From Paramoeba atlantica (taxonomy: Eukaryota > Protista > Discosea), in the NCBI GenBank assembly GCA_977017575.1, contig CDRNVI010000103.1:68610-132609 (forward strand): a stretch of DNA of 64,000 nt, read 5' to 3'. Made by a program: the position numbers and the translations under genes. Position 1 is the first letter of the stretch. Each line of letters starts with the position of its first letter. A model generated the notes under the pieces. That model was given only the letters and a program-made list of their open reading frames with translations. It had not been told where the DNA came from and did no database searches. Positions 11,698 to 21,028 of the stretch are shown piece by piece.

Positions 11698-12400
11698 TGG
11701 GTCAATCATGAAATTTCTTTTTTTGAGCAAAAAGTACAATTTATTTTCGAGAGGATTTGCAAGGCACATTAGATCTGAAGGCACATGGATTTGACCAAAA
11801 AAAATGGTTCTAATATGGATCCTGACATCTCTCCTCAAGAACATGAAGTAGTAAATGTCGACAACATAAATATTGAATCCGATGATGCCATGGGAGAATT
11901 CTCCCTTGACACCGACACCGAAGAAGAAGAAGGCGGACCAAGTGAAGAAGAGATTACTGTAATAGAGCGAATGCGAATTATTTAAAGGGCGACACAAGAA
12001 GTATGCCCGTTGCCGACACGTCTGTACCACCAAGGTATAGAAACTGTATCTTAAAGGGCAACGTAGAATAAGAGGAAGAAGAAGACTTACAACATTGTAT
12101 ATCAATTCAAAAAAAAATGGTATTCTCATTTTTTGGGTTATATTCGAGTTGAATGTTGACATCAGAAGTTAAAGCCCCATTCTCATTTTACCATTGCATT
12201 CTCAATTTTACCAATTGAACGTTGACAGCCCAATTCTCATTTTTAGTGACTCAGAATAGTGACTTTTACCGTATTATACGTCCTAGGTATAATAAACCGG
12301 ACGGTGGTTTAGTTAGGGTATCACTATAATGCAGTAATTTGACTGTCATTTAGAGGAAATCGACACATCTCGTTTCTCTTTTTCTGTGTATACTATCACA

Positions 12401-13234
12401 ATGTTATTTTTCTTAGATGCTGCGGATAGAGTACCTAAAGCGGCTCGGGTGCGTGGAGCATCCCTCCCGCAAGAATATGAGCTCTGTCGTGTCTTGCATA
12501 ACATTTCAAATCAGCATCGCTCATGGACTACAGAGACTCCCGCATGTAACTGGAAAGGTGTAACATGCGAGTCTGCAAAGATGCAAGTCATTAAAATCAG
12601 GTGGGAGAATATGGGGCTTGAGGGAACTCTATCGTGGAGGTATATTCCAATGAGTGTACAAGTCTTGACTCTGGGTTGTTTCTTTAATTTAACACCGAAT
12701 GTAATCATAGGCTCGCTCCCTGTTTTTGAGTTGCCCTCACGGCTAACAAAATTCGTGGTGGACGGCAACAAGATGACGGGGAACATTGACTTGGAACATC
12801 TTCCTGCAGAGTTGATTTCTTTTGAAATAGCGGAAAATCGCTTTGATGGAACTGTATCTCTATCATCTCTACCTCGTCATCTGGATTTGTTAGATCTTCA
12901 ACATAATCTGTTTTCTGGGGAACTTGATCTAACAAGATTATCTCCAAACTTGGAAACACTGAATTTGTCTGATAATATGTTTAGTGGTAACTTGACTCTT
13001 AAGAATCTGTCAAAATCACTCGTACGACTTGAGCTAGACAATAACAAGCTAAGTGGAGAATTGGAGTTGCATTTTCTTCCACCTCAAATGAGGTGTCTTG
13101 TACTTAAGAATAATGCGTTTGAGGGACACCTTGACCTCCGAAATCTGTCAGAACATTTTACTATACTGGATCTTCGGGGTAATAACATCACCTCCGTTGT
13201 GCCAACTCCTTTTCCACATTTTTTTAGAAAGTGA
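12401..13234 (+). CDS. LRR family protein (paralogue 3)
   Basis: RVRGASLPQEYELCRV, TPACNWKGVTC, LRRs. Confidence 0.9.
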   Translation: MLFFLDAADRVPKAARVRGASLPQEYELCRVLHNISNQHRSWTTETPACNWKGVTCESAKMQVIKIRWENMGLEGTLSWRYIPMSVQVLTLGCFFNLTPNVIIGSLPVFELPSRLTKFVVDGNKMTGNIDLEHLPAELISFEIAENRFDGTVSLSSLPRHLDLLDLQHNLFSGELDLTRLSPNLETLNLSDNMFSGNLTLKNLSKSLVRLELDNNKLSGELELHFLPPQMRCLVLKNNAFEGHLDLRNLSEHFTILDLRGNNITSVVPTPFPHFFRK

Positions 13235-13260
13235 TTTATAACCCCCCCCCCTCGCTTATA

Positions 13261-13628
13261 CAGTGGTTTCAATTGAACCCCCCCGCGGAATTTTGAGTTT
13301 TTTGTCCGTTTTTGCTCATTTTTGTTACAAACGAGAGATCTCGTTCCCCTAGTGAAGCGCTTTGGCACCTCTTTTTTCACAGGAACCCCCTAGTGCTCAT
13401 ATGATGACCCGAAAAACAGCCAAAACAATATTTTTAATAAATACGAACCTTGGAAGGAAGTCTAAAATCATGTGTTTTGGACCCAGGGGGTACCAGGGGG
13501 TCCCTACAAAAAAAGGGCAGCAAAGCGCTTCACCAGAGAAACGAGATCTATCCAATGCTGCGAAAATGAGAAAAAACATATAAAAAAACTTAAAATTCCG
13601 CGAGGGGGAAGATATCTTGAAACCACTG
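13261..13628. mobile_element. MITE family D (Tc1/mariner-type)
   Basis: TA|CAGTGGTTTCAA...TTGAAACCACTG|TA; inverted copy at 56678-57045; fragment near 35370-35450. Confidence 0.85.
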
Positions 13629-13768
13629 TATATACACTTACGGTTATACAAGGCTGTATGTACACATACACTTATACACATACATGTATATTGTAAATAT
13701 TTATAATTTATAAATATCTTTATACACATATTTGCTACTTTCGCTTATATACACTTTATATACACTTA

Positions 13769-14965
13769 CACTGTCGTTCAGCTATAAGTCCCCCCCATCG
13801 AATTTTGAAAGACTGGTCTGTTTTTTATAATCTTTTTTTTAAACGTGTAGAGAATTTTACGTAGGTGCGTTTCCCGCCGCTTAAGTTGGTTTTTCGCGAC
13901 TCATTAGGATCGAATTATTTTTTGAAAAAAAAATGAGCCGAACAAATGATTTTTTTACAAAAATGTTCCATTTTTTGATATATTTGCCGGGTAAAACCCC
14001 ATAAATACACTCACCGCAGGAAAAGAAGATTACACAAAGACAAGCTTAATATCCAATATTCCACTCCCCGCTCTCCAACACCTTGTTCATACGTTTTAAG
14101 TACTCTGAACACATTTTTTTGACCACCTCCCCCATTTCTCTCTGTACCCACTCAAACGTCACACGTAAAGCTTCCCGTAATTCAGTTCTATTTTTGGGGC
14201 GAAGCGTTTCTTTTATGTAGCGCGCCATCATGGCCCAAATGTTTTCCACAGGGTTCAGGTCAGGAGACTTAGGAGGCCAGTCTAAGCGCCTGTTGATAAT
14301 CTGAGCCTTTGTGATGGTGTGTGTCGGGGCGTTATCCAGCTGAAGCACCGCGTGTCTGTGATCGCGAATGTATCGTACAAAACCGATATCATTCAACGCA
14401 TCCCACACCGTGGTGGCCTTGATGGATAACCCCCCCTCAAAGATATGAAACCACCACCCATGAGTAACACTGTACCCCATCTACACCATAACCCCCGGAC
14501 CACCAGACCACAGATCATATTGTTCATTTGGGCTGGGCTCCAAGTGAGAAGTTCACGGGCCAGTGCAACGCGCTTCATGCGCTGCTCAGTTGTAAGTCCC
14601 AAGTCTTTGCTCTTACGTATGCGCCCGTAGTCGTCGCAATCCAATGCCCTCTTCACCGAGGAAATTGATCCTCCATGCGAATCTTTGATTCTTTCATGGA
14701 TGGCGGCGAAGGAAAGACACCCATCTGGGTCTTCCCGTGCAAGCTCCAAACAAGCACGCCCTACGGTATCGGTCCGTTAAGGTAGTTTTTTTTCGTGGAA
14801 CTCGCTCTGGGGTGGTCAAGTCATTTTTTCCATCGTACATTTTTACCCATTTTCGTACCTTTTTTTCATCAACTTTATATTTTTTAGAGATGGAAGTGAT
14901 GGAAGCACCGCATTTTCGTTCAATAACATACGAAAACGGGGGGGACTTATAGCTGAACGATGGTG
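13769..14965 (-). mobile_element. Tc1/mariner-type element A with defective transposase
   Basis: 28-bp TIRs CACTGTCGTTCAGCTATAAGTCCCCCCC, TA flanks; transposase fragments 14393-14749 and 14046-14480 (LQLDNAPTH..WPPKSPDLNPVENIW); relative to element B it lacks the first-Asp region and has TAG in GVMV*MGY. Confidence 0.9.
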
Positions 14966-15090
14966 TATACAGGGGGGATCATCAATATCGGGACCTCTCC
15001 CATTTTTGGGCCGTGGGTCCGTTTCACCTGATTTTTGTGGCAAAAGAGAGATCTCGACGCGAATATGGTCGGAACGACATTTTGCGCCTA

Positions 15091-16646
15091 TAGTAGTGTT
15101 CAGCCTCTTTTACCCCCCCCCTACAGGTCTTGTATTTTGTCCGATTTTGTAAATATTTGGTATAACACCGTTTTTCGACCCAATCGTTCCGAATCCGAGG
15201 TCCTTTTCACTCGAGCGACCCCCTACCCCCCCTAGCCAGGTAGGGGTCAAAAAAACTAATTGCGACTTTTTTCGGGGTATTTTTTTCGAATTTATCGGAT
15301 GAATATGAATAGTAAAGTAGGTCAGAAGACGTGGAAAAAGAGTGCAAAGTAATCTCTAGTATTTAGTCATATGCCCTTTGGCCTCCTTGACCAAAAGTAA
15401 ACGTTTACGATAGTTCCGGAAGATATTCTTAAACATTTCCGGTTGATCTTCGGAAACAAAATGAAAAGTTTCAATGATGGACTCCCGAAGTTGAGTCCTG
15501 TTTCGGGGTTTCAGCACATCCTTTACGCGGCGAGACATCGCTGCCCACGCCGTTGCAACGGGGTTTAAATCAGGGGAGAGAGGGGGGAAGTCAAGACGAC
15601 GTTTCAGATACTTTTTTTTAACAATCGAGTGGGTGGGGGCGTTGTCCATTTGTAGGATGGGCTTCCGGTGCGAACGAAAAAAACTGGCCATGCCACTTTC
15701 TTCATAAGCCAGTAAAATCTGTTCGGAGTTAACAGAAGCACCCTGTTCTCCCTCAAAGATGAAGAAGAACAGACCGTAGTTATAGGAATACCCCATCCAC
15801 ACCATTATCCCCCTCCCCCCAAAATGTTTTCCCCGCCGGTCCGATTGCCTCAGACGGGGTGCTCGCTTGCGACCGACGTAAAAGTCGGCGTTTGACCCCG
15901 CACAGCAACTGAACAGTTTTTTGTCGGTAAAAACAATGTTCAGATAGTCAGCGTCACTCCACTTAAGCATACCCTTCACATACTTAAGACGGAGTTGAAT
16001 GTGACGCGGTTTGAGACCAAGGTCTTTGGCCTTGCGAAGGCGCCCATAGCCCTTAAAATTAAGAGCTCGCCGGACACTACTCAGGGAGCCTCCGTGATTG
16101 CTTCGCACCTCGCGATGCACGACAGAGAACGTAGGACAACCCTCCACGGTATCCTTCGACACTCTCCGGCACGCAGAAACACATGCTTCAACGTACCTTT
16201 GTGTAAGGACCGTACGCACCCCCTCGCTAGGTGGAGTACTGACATGCCCGTGCTCATACTTCCGCACCCAATACTTTACAGTCCTGGGGGCAAGTTTATG
16301 GAGTTTTGCGACTGCCTTATAGGACTTAAGTCGTTCGTAATCGATTACGAGTGCCGTGCGCATCTCGGGGCGGACGCGGGAGGAAGGTAAACACAGGGGG
16401 CGGTGCCTCTTCGTCATGAATCACCAATAAATGTACCAATTTTGAAAAAAAATGTACTCTGTGAAAAACAAATCGACTCTTTTGCAGCTTTTTTCCGGTT
16501 TAGGTATGATACAGGTGTCCACGAGTGAAAAGGACCTCGGATTCGGAACGATTGGGTCGAAAAACTGTCCCATACAAAATATTTCCAAAATCGGACAAAA
16601 TACAAGACCTGTAGGGGGGGGGGGTAAAAGAGGCTGAACACTACTG
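15091..16646 (-). mobile_element. Tc1/mariner-type element B, full length, ~123-bp TIRs
   Basis: TIRs ~15091-15213 and ~16522-16646, TA duplication; empty site GCGCCTATTTAAAC present in the C copy at ~27330 (minus strand). Confidence 0.92.
15356..16417 (-). CDS. Tc1-like transposase with third catalytic Glu replaced by Ala
   Basis: HTH-like N-terminus, IVFTDKK, LQMDNAPTH, FPPLSPDLNPVATAW, C-terminal AKGHMTKY. Confidence 0.88.
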   Translation of the reverse strand: MTKRHRPLCLPSSRVRPEMRTALVIDYERLKSYKAVAKLHKLAPRTVKYWVRKYEHGHVSTPPSEGVRTVLTQRYVEACVSACRRVSKDTVEGCPTFSVVHREVRSNHGGSLSSVRRALNFKGYGRLRKAKDLGLKPRHIQLRLKYVKGMLKWSDADYLNIVFTDKKLFSCCAGSNADFYVGRKRAPRLRQSDRRGKHFGGRGIMVWMGYSYNYGLFFFIFEGEQGASVNSEQILLAYEESGMASFFRSHRKPILQMDNAPTHSIVKKKYLKRRLDFPPLSPDLNPVATAWAAMSRRVKDVLKPRNRTQLRESIIETFHFVSEDQPEMFKNIFRNYRKRLLLVKEAKGHMTKY

Positions 16647-17197
16647 TATTTAAACACACTTGTAAAAAATGTTAAAAAAATATATAAAAAAAACTCCAAA
16701 AAATAATTTGTAAAAATCCCATTAAAATTGTCTATTAAAGGATGCAATTCTCTTTTATTAAGTTTCACATGGGAAAACAACATAGATTAAAGAGACCATG
16801 TTCCATCATCGTTCTTGACAATGCACCGGGTCATGGGCAAGTCCGTCGTGCGGGATTGCAAGCAGGGCTAAACATTATTGGAGGGAGTGCAAGTGGCCCT
16901 ACGAAGGTCTCAAAAAATACCTACAGCGTTCGCCACCGGTCGTCACCGATCGTCACCGACTCCCAGAAAACGACACTTTGAAGGCCAAAATGTTCAACTT
17001 TATGACTGACTGATCAATATAATTATACATCGGCAAAAACAATTTAGCATTTTATACACCACCAGTTTATGCATTCCTAACTATTTTGTTAGTTCCATTA
17101 ATGCAAAATTCTCGCTGTTCTACGAAATTTTGTGATACTTGTGGGGAAGATTAATGGTCGATCCTTCGAACCTCAAAAAATACCTAAAGGGGGGGTA

Positions 17198-17284
17198 CAC
17201 CCACTATTGGCAATCACCCACTCTTGGAAATCACCCACTATTGGCAAACTCACCCACTAGTGGCAATCACCCACTATTGGCAAA
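17198..17284. repeat. Minisatellite, 5 x 17-18 bp (CACCCACTATTGGCAA[A]T/C)
   Basis: Directly visible head-to-tail units; 2 units again at ~18562-18594. Confidence 0.85.
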
Positions 17285-17409
17285 TAATTAATTACCTCAA
17301 AATTTGTTAAGATGGAATTTCTAAATGTACATTAGTAGCAGCTAATGGACACCTTGAAGGCTGCGGCCATAAAGGAATATTAAACTATAAATTAACTGAT
17401 AATAAAGTT
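17241..17409. repeat. 169-bp direct repeat, left copy
   Basis: Matches 18552-18720 with 2 mismatches seen. Confidence 0.9.
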
Positions 17410-18551
17410 TTTTATTTTCTTTTTTGAAGTATGAATCGCGGCATTGCCTCTATTTTGACCCAGTAGACGAACCAAGTACTGTAGGTCCATTGGGGGGGGG
17501 TATATGAATTGAAAACAAGCAATCAAATTAGTAATTTTACGAATTAACACAGATTAATGTTACACAGACAAATGTCCCCCCTGTAAAGAAAATTTTTCTC
17601 TCTCCTTCCCCTCTTTCTCTCTCACTTTCTCACCTCTTGACCTACTTTTCCCACCTTTCTCCCTACTTCCCTACTTTCCCCTACCCAACTTCTCAACTTT
17701 TCAGGGAGGGTAAGGTCTCCCTCAGCTTCGCCTTACCCGGCCTGCAGGCGGCTCCTCAACCATTCGCGCGTTTCGGACCGGGTCTTTCGACCTCTCCACG
17801 GCCTGACATGTGAACCCTTCCCTTGTTATACGGGAGGGCGCAGGCGCGGGCCTGTGTCGACAGCGACACGGTCACGAAACAGGATGCTGGCCGACGGGGA
17901 GGAGACTCACAACCCGTGTACTACCTCACTTGGGGTACCTAGTTCTCGCGGGCTAGGCGTGAGCATAGACTGTCGACTCGACCAGCATTCGGGCCAGTGG
18001 TTTGTGGCCCCGCACATGGCGCCTTCGCCATGCCCCTAAGCGCCTTCAAGGGGGGCGTTAGGGTCACTGACAACTATCATGGAGACCATCATCCGAGCCT
18101 GGGAACGCATCAACGTGATATTAAGCTCTTGCGAGAGGATGTTTCGTGCCTGAGTGTCTGTCAAAAGACAGTTCGACACGTTGGCACGTAACGCTCCCAC
18201 CTTCCACAGGACCGTCATGGCACTTCTGCTCCATGAGCCGAAGGACTCAAAAACCATGGCTGCGAACAGTAACTGAGCCGCTTCCGCTTCCTGGCGCTGC
18301 TTCCCTTTCGTTTCAGAGAAGTGTTCAGCAAAAGACCCCGCAGCCACCCAGCTAGCATTACGGACTGAGTCCAAATACTTCAATTGCTGTGCGTGGGTGA
18401 CTGCGAAGTCTAGAACCATGCCACCTCCCAGTTCATAGTTGGGGAGAAAAACATCGCCTGGTCTGGTGAGACCTCCTCCAGGTCCCCGATTTCCGAGACT
18501 TTATTCCCTTTGCGGAGCCATATTGGCCTTGCTGCAGAAGGAGGTGAACTG
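17410..18551 (-). mobile_element. 5'-truncated RLE-type (CRE-like) non-LTR retrotransposon 3' end
   Basis: Minus frame: FCSKANMAPQRE*..TRPGDVFLPNYELGGGMVLDFAVTH..TKGK..FAAMVFESFGSW..LSQELNITLMRSQARMM; 3' limit uncertain. Confidence 0.75.
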
Positions 18552-18720
18552 TTGGCAAACTCACCCACTATTGGCAATCACCCACTATTGGCAAATAAGT
18601 AATTACCTCAAAATTTGTTAAGATGGAATTTCTAAATGTACATTAGTAGCAGCTAATGGACACCTTGAAGGCTGCGGCCATAAAGGAATATTAAACTATA
18701 AATTAACTGATAATAAAGTT
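18552..18720. repeat. 169-bp direct repeat, right copy
   Basis: Matches 17241-17409. Confidence 0.9.
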
Positions 18721-18815
18721 CTATATTTTATGAAATTTTATGAAAAAATGTTGACCTCCCCACTTAAGAGTCCAAATGCCCAAAATCGGCGGACTCTTAA
18801 GTAGGGAGGGACAGC
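18721..18815. repeat. Small palindromic dispersed repeat (ACTTAAGAGTCC..GGACTCTTAAGT)
   Basis: Inverted homologue at ~53935-54050. Confidence 0.7.
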
Positions 18816-18893
18816 AATATTTGTGCTTTATTTTGACAGGAGGAGTATCTAAATTTACCTATTTATCCCACCTATCTAATTTTCTACCAACAC

Positions 18894-19211
18894 ATGTTTC
18901 GACTCCTGTCTTCCCTCCGCAAAGGTTCCCTTCCCTCCCTTCGCCCCTTGGGTCATCGCATTCTTATCCAACGCACAGAGGCTGCGAAACAGACTTCCAG
19001 CGGTCTTCTCATTCCGGAACAAGCCCAAGGCCGGGTGAATGAGGGCGTCGTGATGGCTGTTCCTAAGCCCACGAAGGAATTCAAGCCCGCAGTAAAAGCT
19101 GGAGATACGGTGCTGCTGAGTGAGTATGGAGGCACGAAGGTCAAGGTAGATGGTGTCGAAATGGTCATGTTTAATGAGGATCAATTGCTGGGCGTGGTGG
19201 TGGGGAAATAA
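18894..19211 (+). CDS. HSP10: Mitochondrial chaperonin 10, copy 1
   Basis: LRPLGHRILIQR, TSSGLLIPE, VKAGDTVLLSEYGGTKVK; short presequence-like N-terminus. Confidence 0.96.
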   Translation: MFRLLSSLRKGSLPSLRPLGHRILIQRTEAAKQTSSGLLIPEQAQGRVNEGVVMAVPKPTKEFKPAVKAGDTVLLSEYGGTKVKVDGVEMVMFNEDQLLGVVVGK

Positions 19212-19578
19212 GAAGTGGAAAGGGGGAAAGGATGGGTAGTTCTTTTGGGCCATCTATGAGGTAGAGCATTAGTACGAAAGGGGTGAACAAATTTGCTAAA
19301 TAATCTTTTTTAAAATGATCATGACAAAAGAAGCAGCACGTTGCATTTGTTTGTTAAGCTTGTGGGAATTATAGAAGATGCTGCTTTTTTGGTTTGCTAG
19401 TTTCCTTGGCTGTACGCAAGTTCCTCAACATTTTTCACAAAGGTACGGGTGTCGCAACGCTTATTCTTGTGCGTTTCATATATCGCTAACATTAATTTTA
19501 TACAATACATTTCTGTGTGCTTTCACATTATTTGGGACTAAAAATTAAGTCAACTTTTTTTTCGCTTTTTATTGCGCA

Positions 19579-19887
19579 ATGTTTCGTCTTAGTCCGTACG
19601 TGGCTCGCAAATCTATTCAACCTTTAGGGAAACGAGTGCTTATCCGACGAGCGCAAGCCGCGAAGGAAACCCAAAGTGGCATCTTAATTCCTGAGCAAGC
19701 TCAGGGAAAGCTAAACGAAGGTACGGTTGTGGCTGTAGCCCCCGCTACTAAAGAATGGACACCCAGTGTGAAGTCCGGGGATCGGGTGTTGCTGAATGAG
19801 TACGGCGGAACAAAAGTAAAAGTAGAAGGAGAAGACCTGATGTTGTTTCCCGAGGAGCAACTTCTTGGTGTTCTGACCGGAAAATAA
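19579..19887 (+). CDS. HSP10: Mitochondrial chaperonin 10, copy 2
   Basis: IQPLGKRVLIRR, TQSGILIPE, VKSGDRVLLNEYGGTKVK. Confidence 0.96.
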   Translation: MFRLSPYVARKSIQPLGKRVLIRRAQAAKETQSGILIPEQAQGKLNEGTVVAVAPATKEWTPSVKSGDRVLLNEYGGTKVKVEGEDLMLFPEEQLLGVLTGK

Positions 19888-20320
19888 AAGATGTAGGGCC
19901 GTGGGAGATATAAATTGTTTTTGTGAGATATTTTGTTTCGCAGATCAAACAATCACTGAGTATAAATTCATTCTTCAAACGTTATTTTATCACCGAATCT
20001 CTGCTTGGGAGCTTTGCCTGGATATTACAGGTTTCTTTTACAATTAAAATCAAAAATAAAATGAACGTTCCTTGAATACAATATGACGGATACATGCATG
20101 TACCACTAAACTAAAATTTTGCTTATTTATTGCTCAGTGTAACTACAGGTTGCTACTTTTTTATCGACACCATAACCCACAAATTTATTTTTTCAATTTA
20201 ACAAATTACCTACAAAACCTTAATCCGAAACTATTTCCTCTTTTTTCCGTTACCCCTTTCTCTCTCCTCCATTTTCTTCTCTTTCCTTATACTCCCCCTT
20301 CTCCACCCCCCTTTCTCCTC

Positions 20321-20809
20321 ATGCACCGTTTTCTTACCCCCTCCCCTTCCCCCTCCCCCCTCCTCCTGGCCTTCGCCCACCGCCTCACCCACCCCGACCT
20401 CCAGGAGCCTCCACTGGACCAGCAGCTCTTCCGCACCAAACCCTCCCGCGGCCCCCCGGTGGCCCACCAGCTCAATGTCTACACCCGGGCCCACAAACTT
20501 CACCAAAGTGCGAAATGGAAAAAGGCCAATCTCACGCTCAACTTCGCTGGGGGGAAGGACTTAAGATTACGCGATACCCACGGGGAAGGGAGGCTGGACG
20601 CGGACGGGATGTACCGGGATTGGCTGTATGGCACCGAGCGACGGTCCGCGAACCTGCTTTGTGGGGGTCTAGCGGTTCTGGTCGCGCTGCTGTATTGCTA
20701 TTCCATGCATTTGCTGCGGCAGGATACGTGGGAGATTCCCGCGAGTTTGTTGCACAAGCCCAAGGTGGTGGGGGGTGGGGAGGGGGAGAGGGGGAAGGGT
20801 GTGTCGTGA
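20321..20809 (+). CDS. Small membrane protein, possibly COA3/CCDC56-like
   Basis: RRSANLLCGGLAVLVALLYCYSMHLLRQD resembles the COA3 N-x-x-x-G-L..Y-x-Y-x..QD pattern; single TM. Confidence 0.5.
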   Translation: MHRFLTPSPSPSPLLLAFAHRLTHPDLQEPPLDQQLFRTKPSRGPPVAHQLNVYTRAHKLHQSAKWKKANLTLNFAGGKDLRLRDTHGEGRLDADGMYRDWLYGTERRSANLLCGGLAVLVALLYCYSMHLLRQDTWEIPASLLHKPKVVGGGEGERGKGVS

Positions 20810-21028
20810 TCGGGTGTTTGTTGCTCTATGGGGAAAGGTATTATGTATAGTATGTGTGATCCAGAAGTTCTTTTTGCCCCAGTTCTTTTTGCCCCTGTAT
20901 ATGTGATCCTCCTGCATGTACGAATGCATACAAAGCTCTGCTACCCACTCGCTGCTACTTATACGGTTTTTTGGATTTATAGTATTTTTTTCTCTTGTTA
21001 GTGCTGCTATTTTTTTTGTGTCCTCTTC

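Larger units (their letters stand above)
14970..16880 (+). mobile_element. Non-autonomous Tc1-like element C, interrupted by element B
   Basis: TA|CAGGGGGGATCA terminus; IIVLDNAPGH fragment ~16800; uninterrupted homologue at 26985-27454. Confidence 0.8.

Noticed and set aside
11785-11985. Short acidic ORF after the truncated R copy
   Set aside because: 66 aa, low complexity, no recognisable homology; left unannotated.
13769-16646. Fanzor/TnpB cargo associated with the transposons or with hairpin-ended repeat R
   Set aside because: No RuvC/zinc-finger ORF recognised anywhere in the window.
17198-17284. Short repeats resembling a CRISPR array
   Set aside because: Head-to-tail units without unique spacers; no cas genes; eukaryotic context.
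17690-17830. Possible hammerhead or HDV-like ribozyme in the retroelement 3' region
   Set aside because: GAAA-loop hairpins are present but I could not fit a CUGANGA core or an HDV double pseudoknot by eye; needs an Infernal scan.
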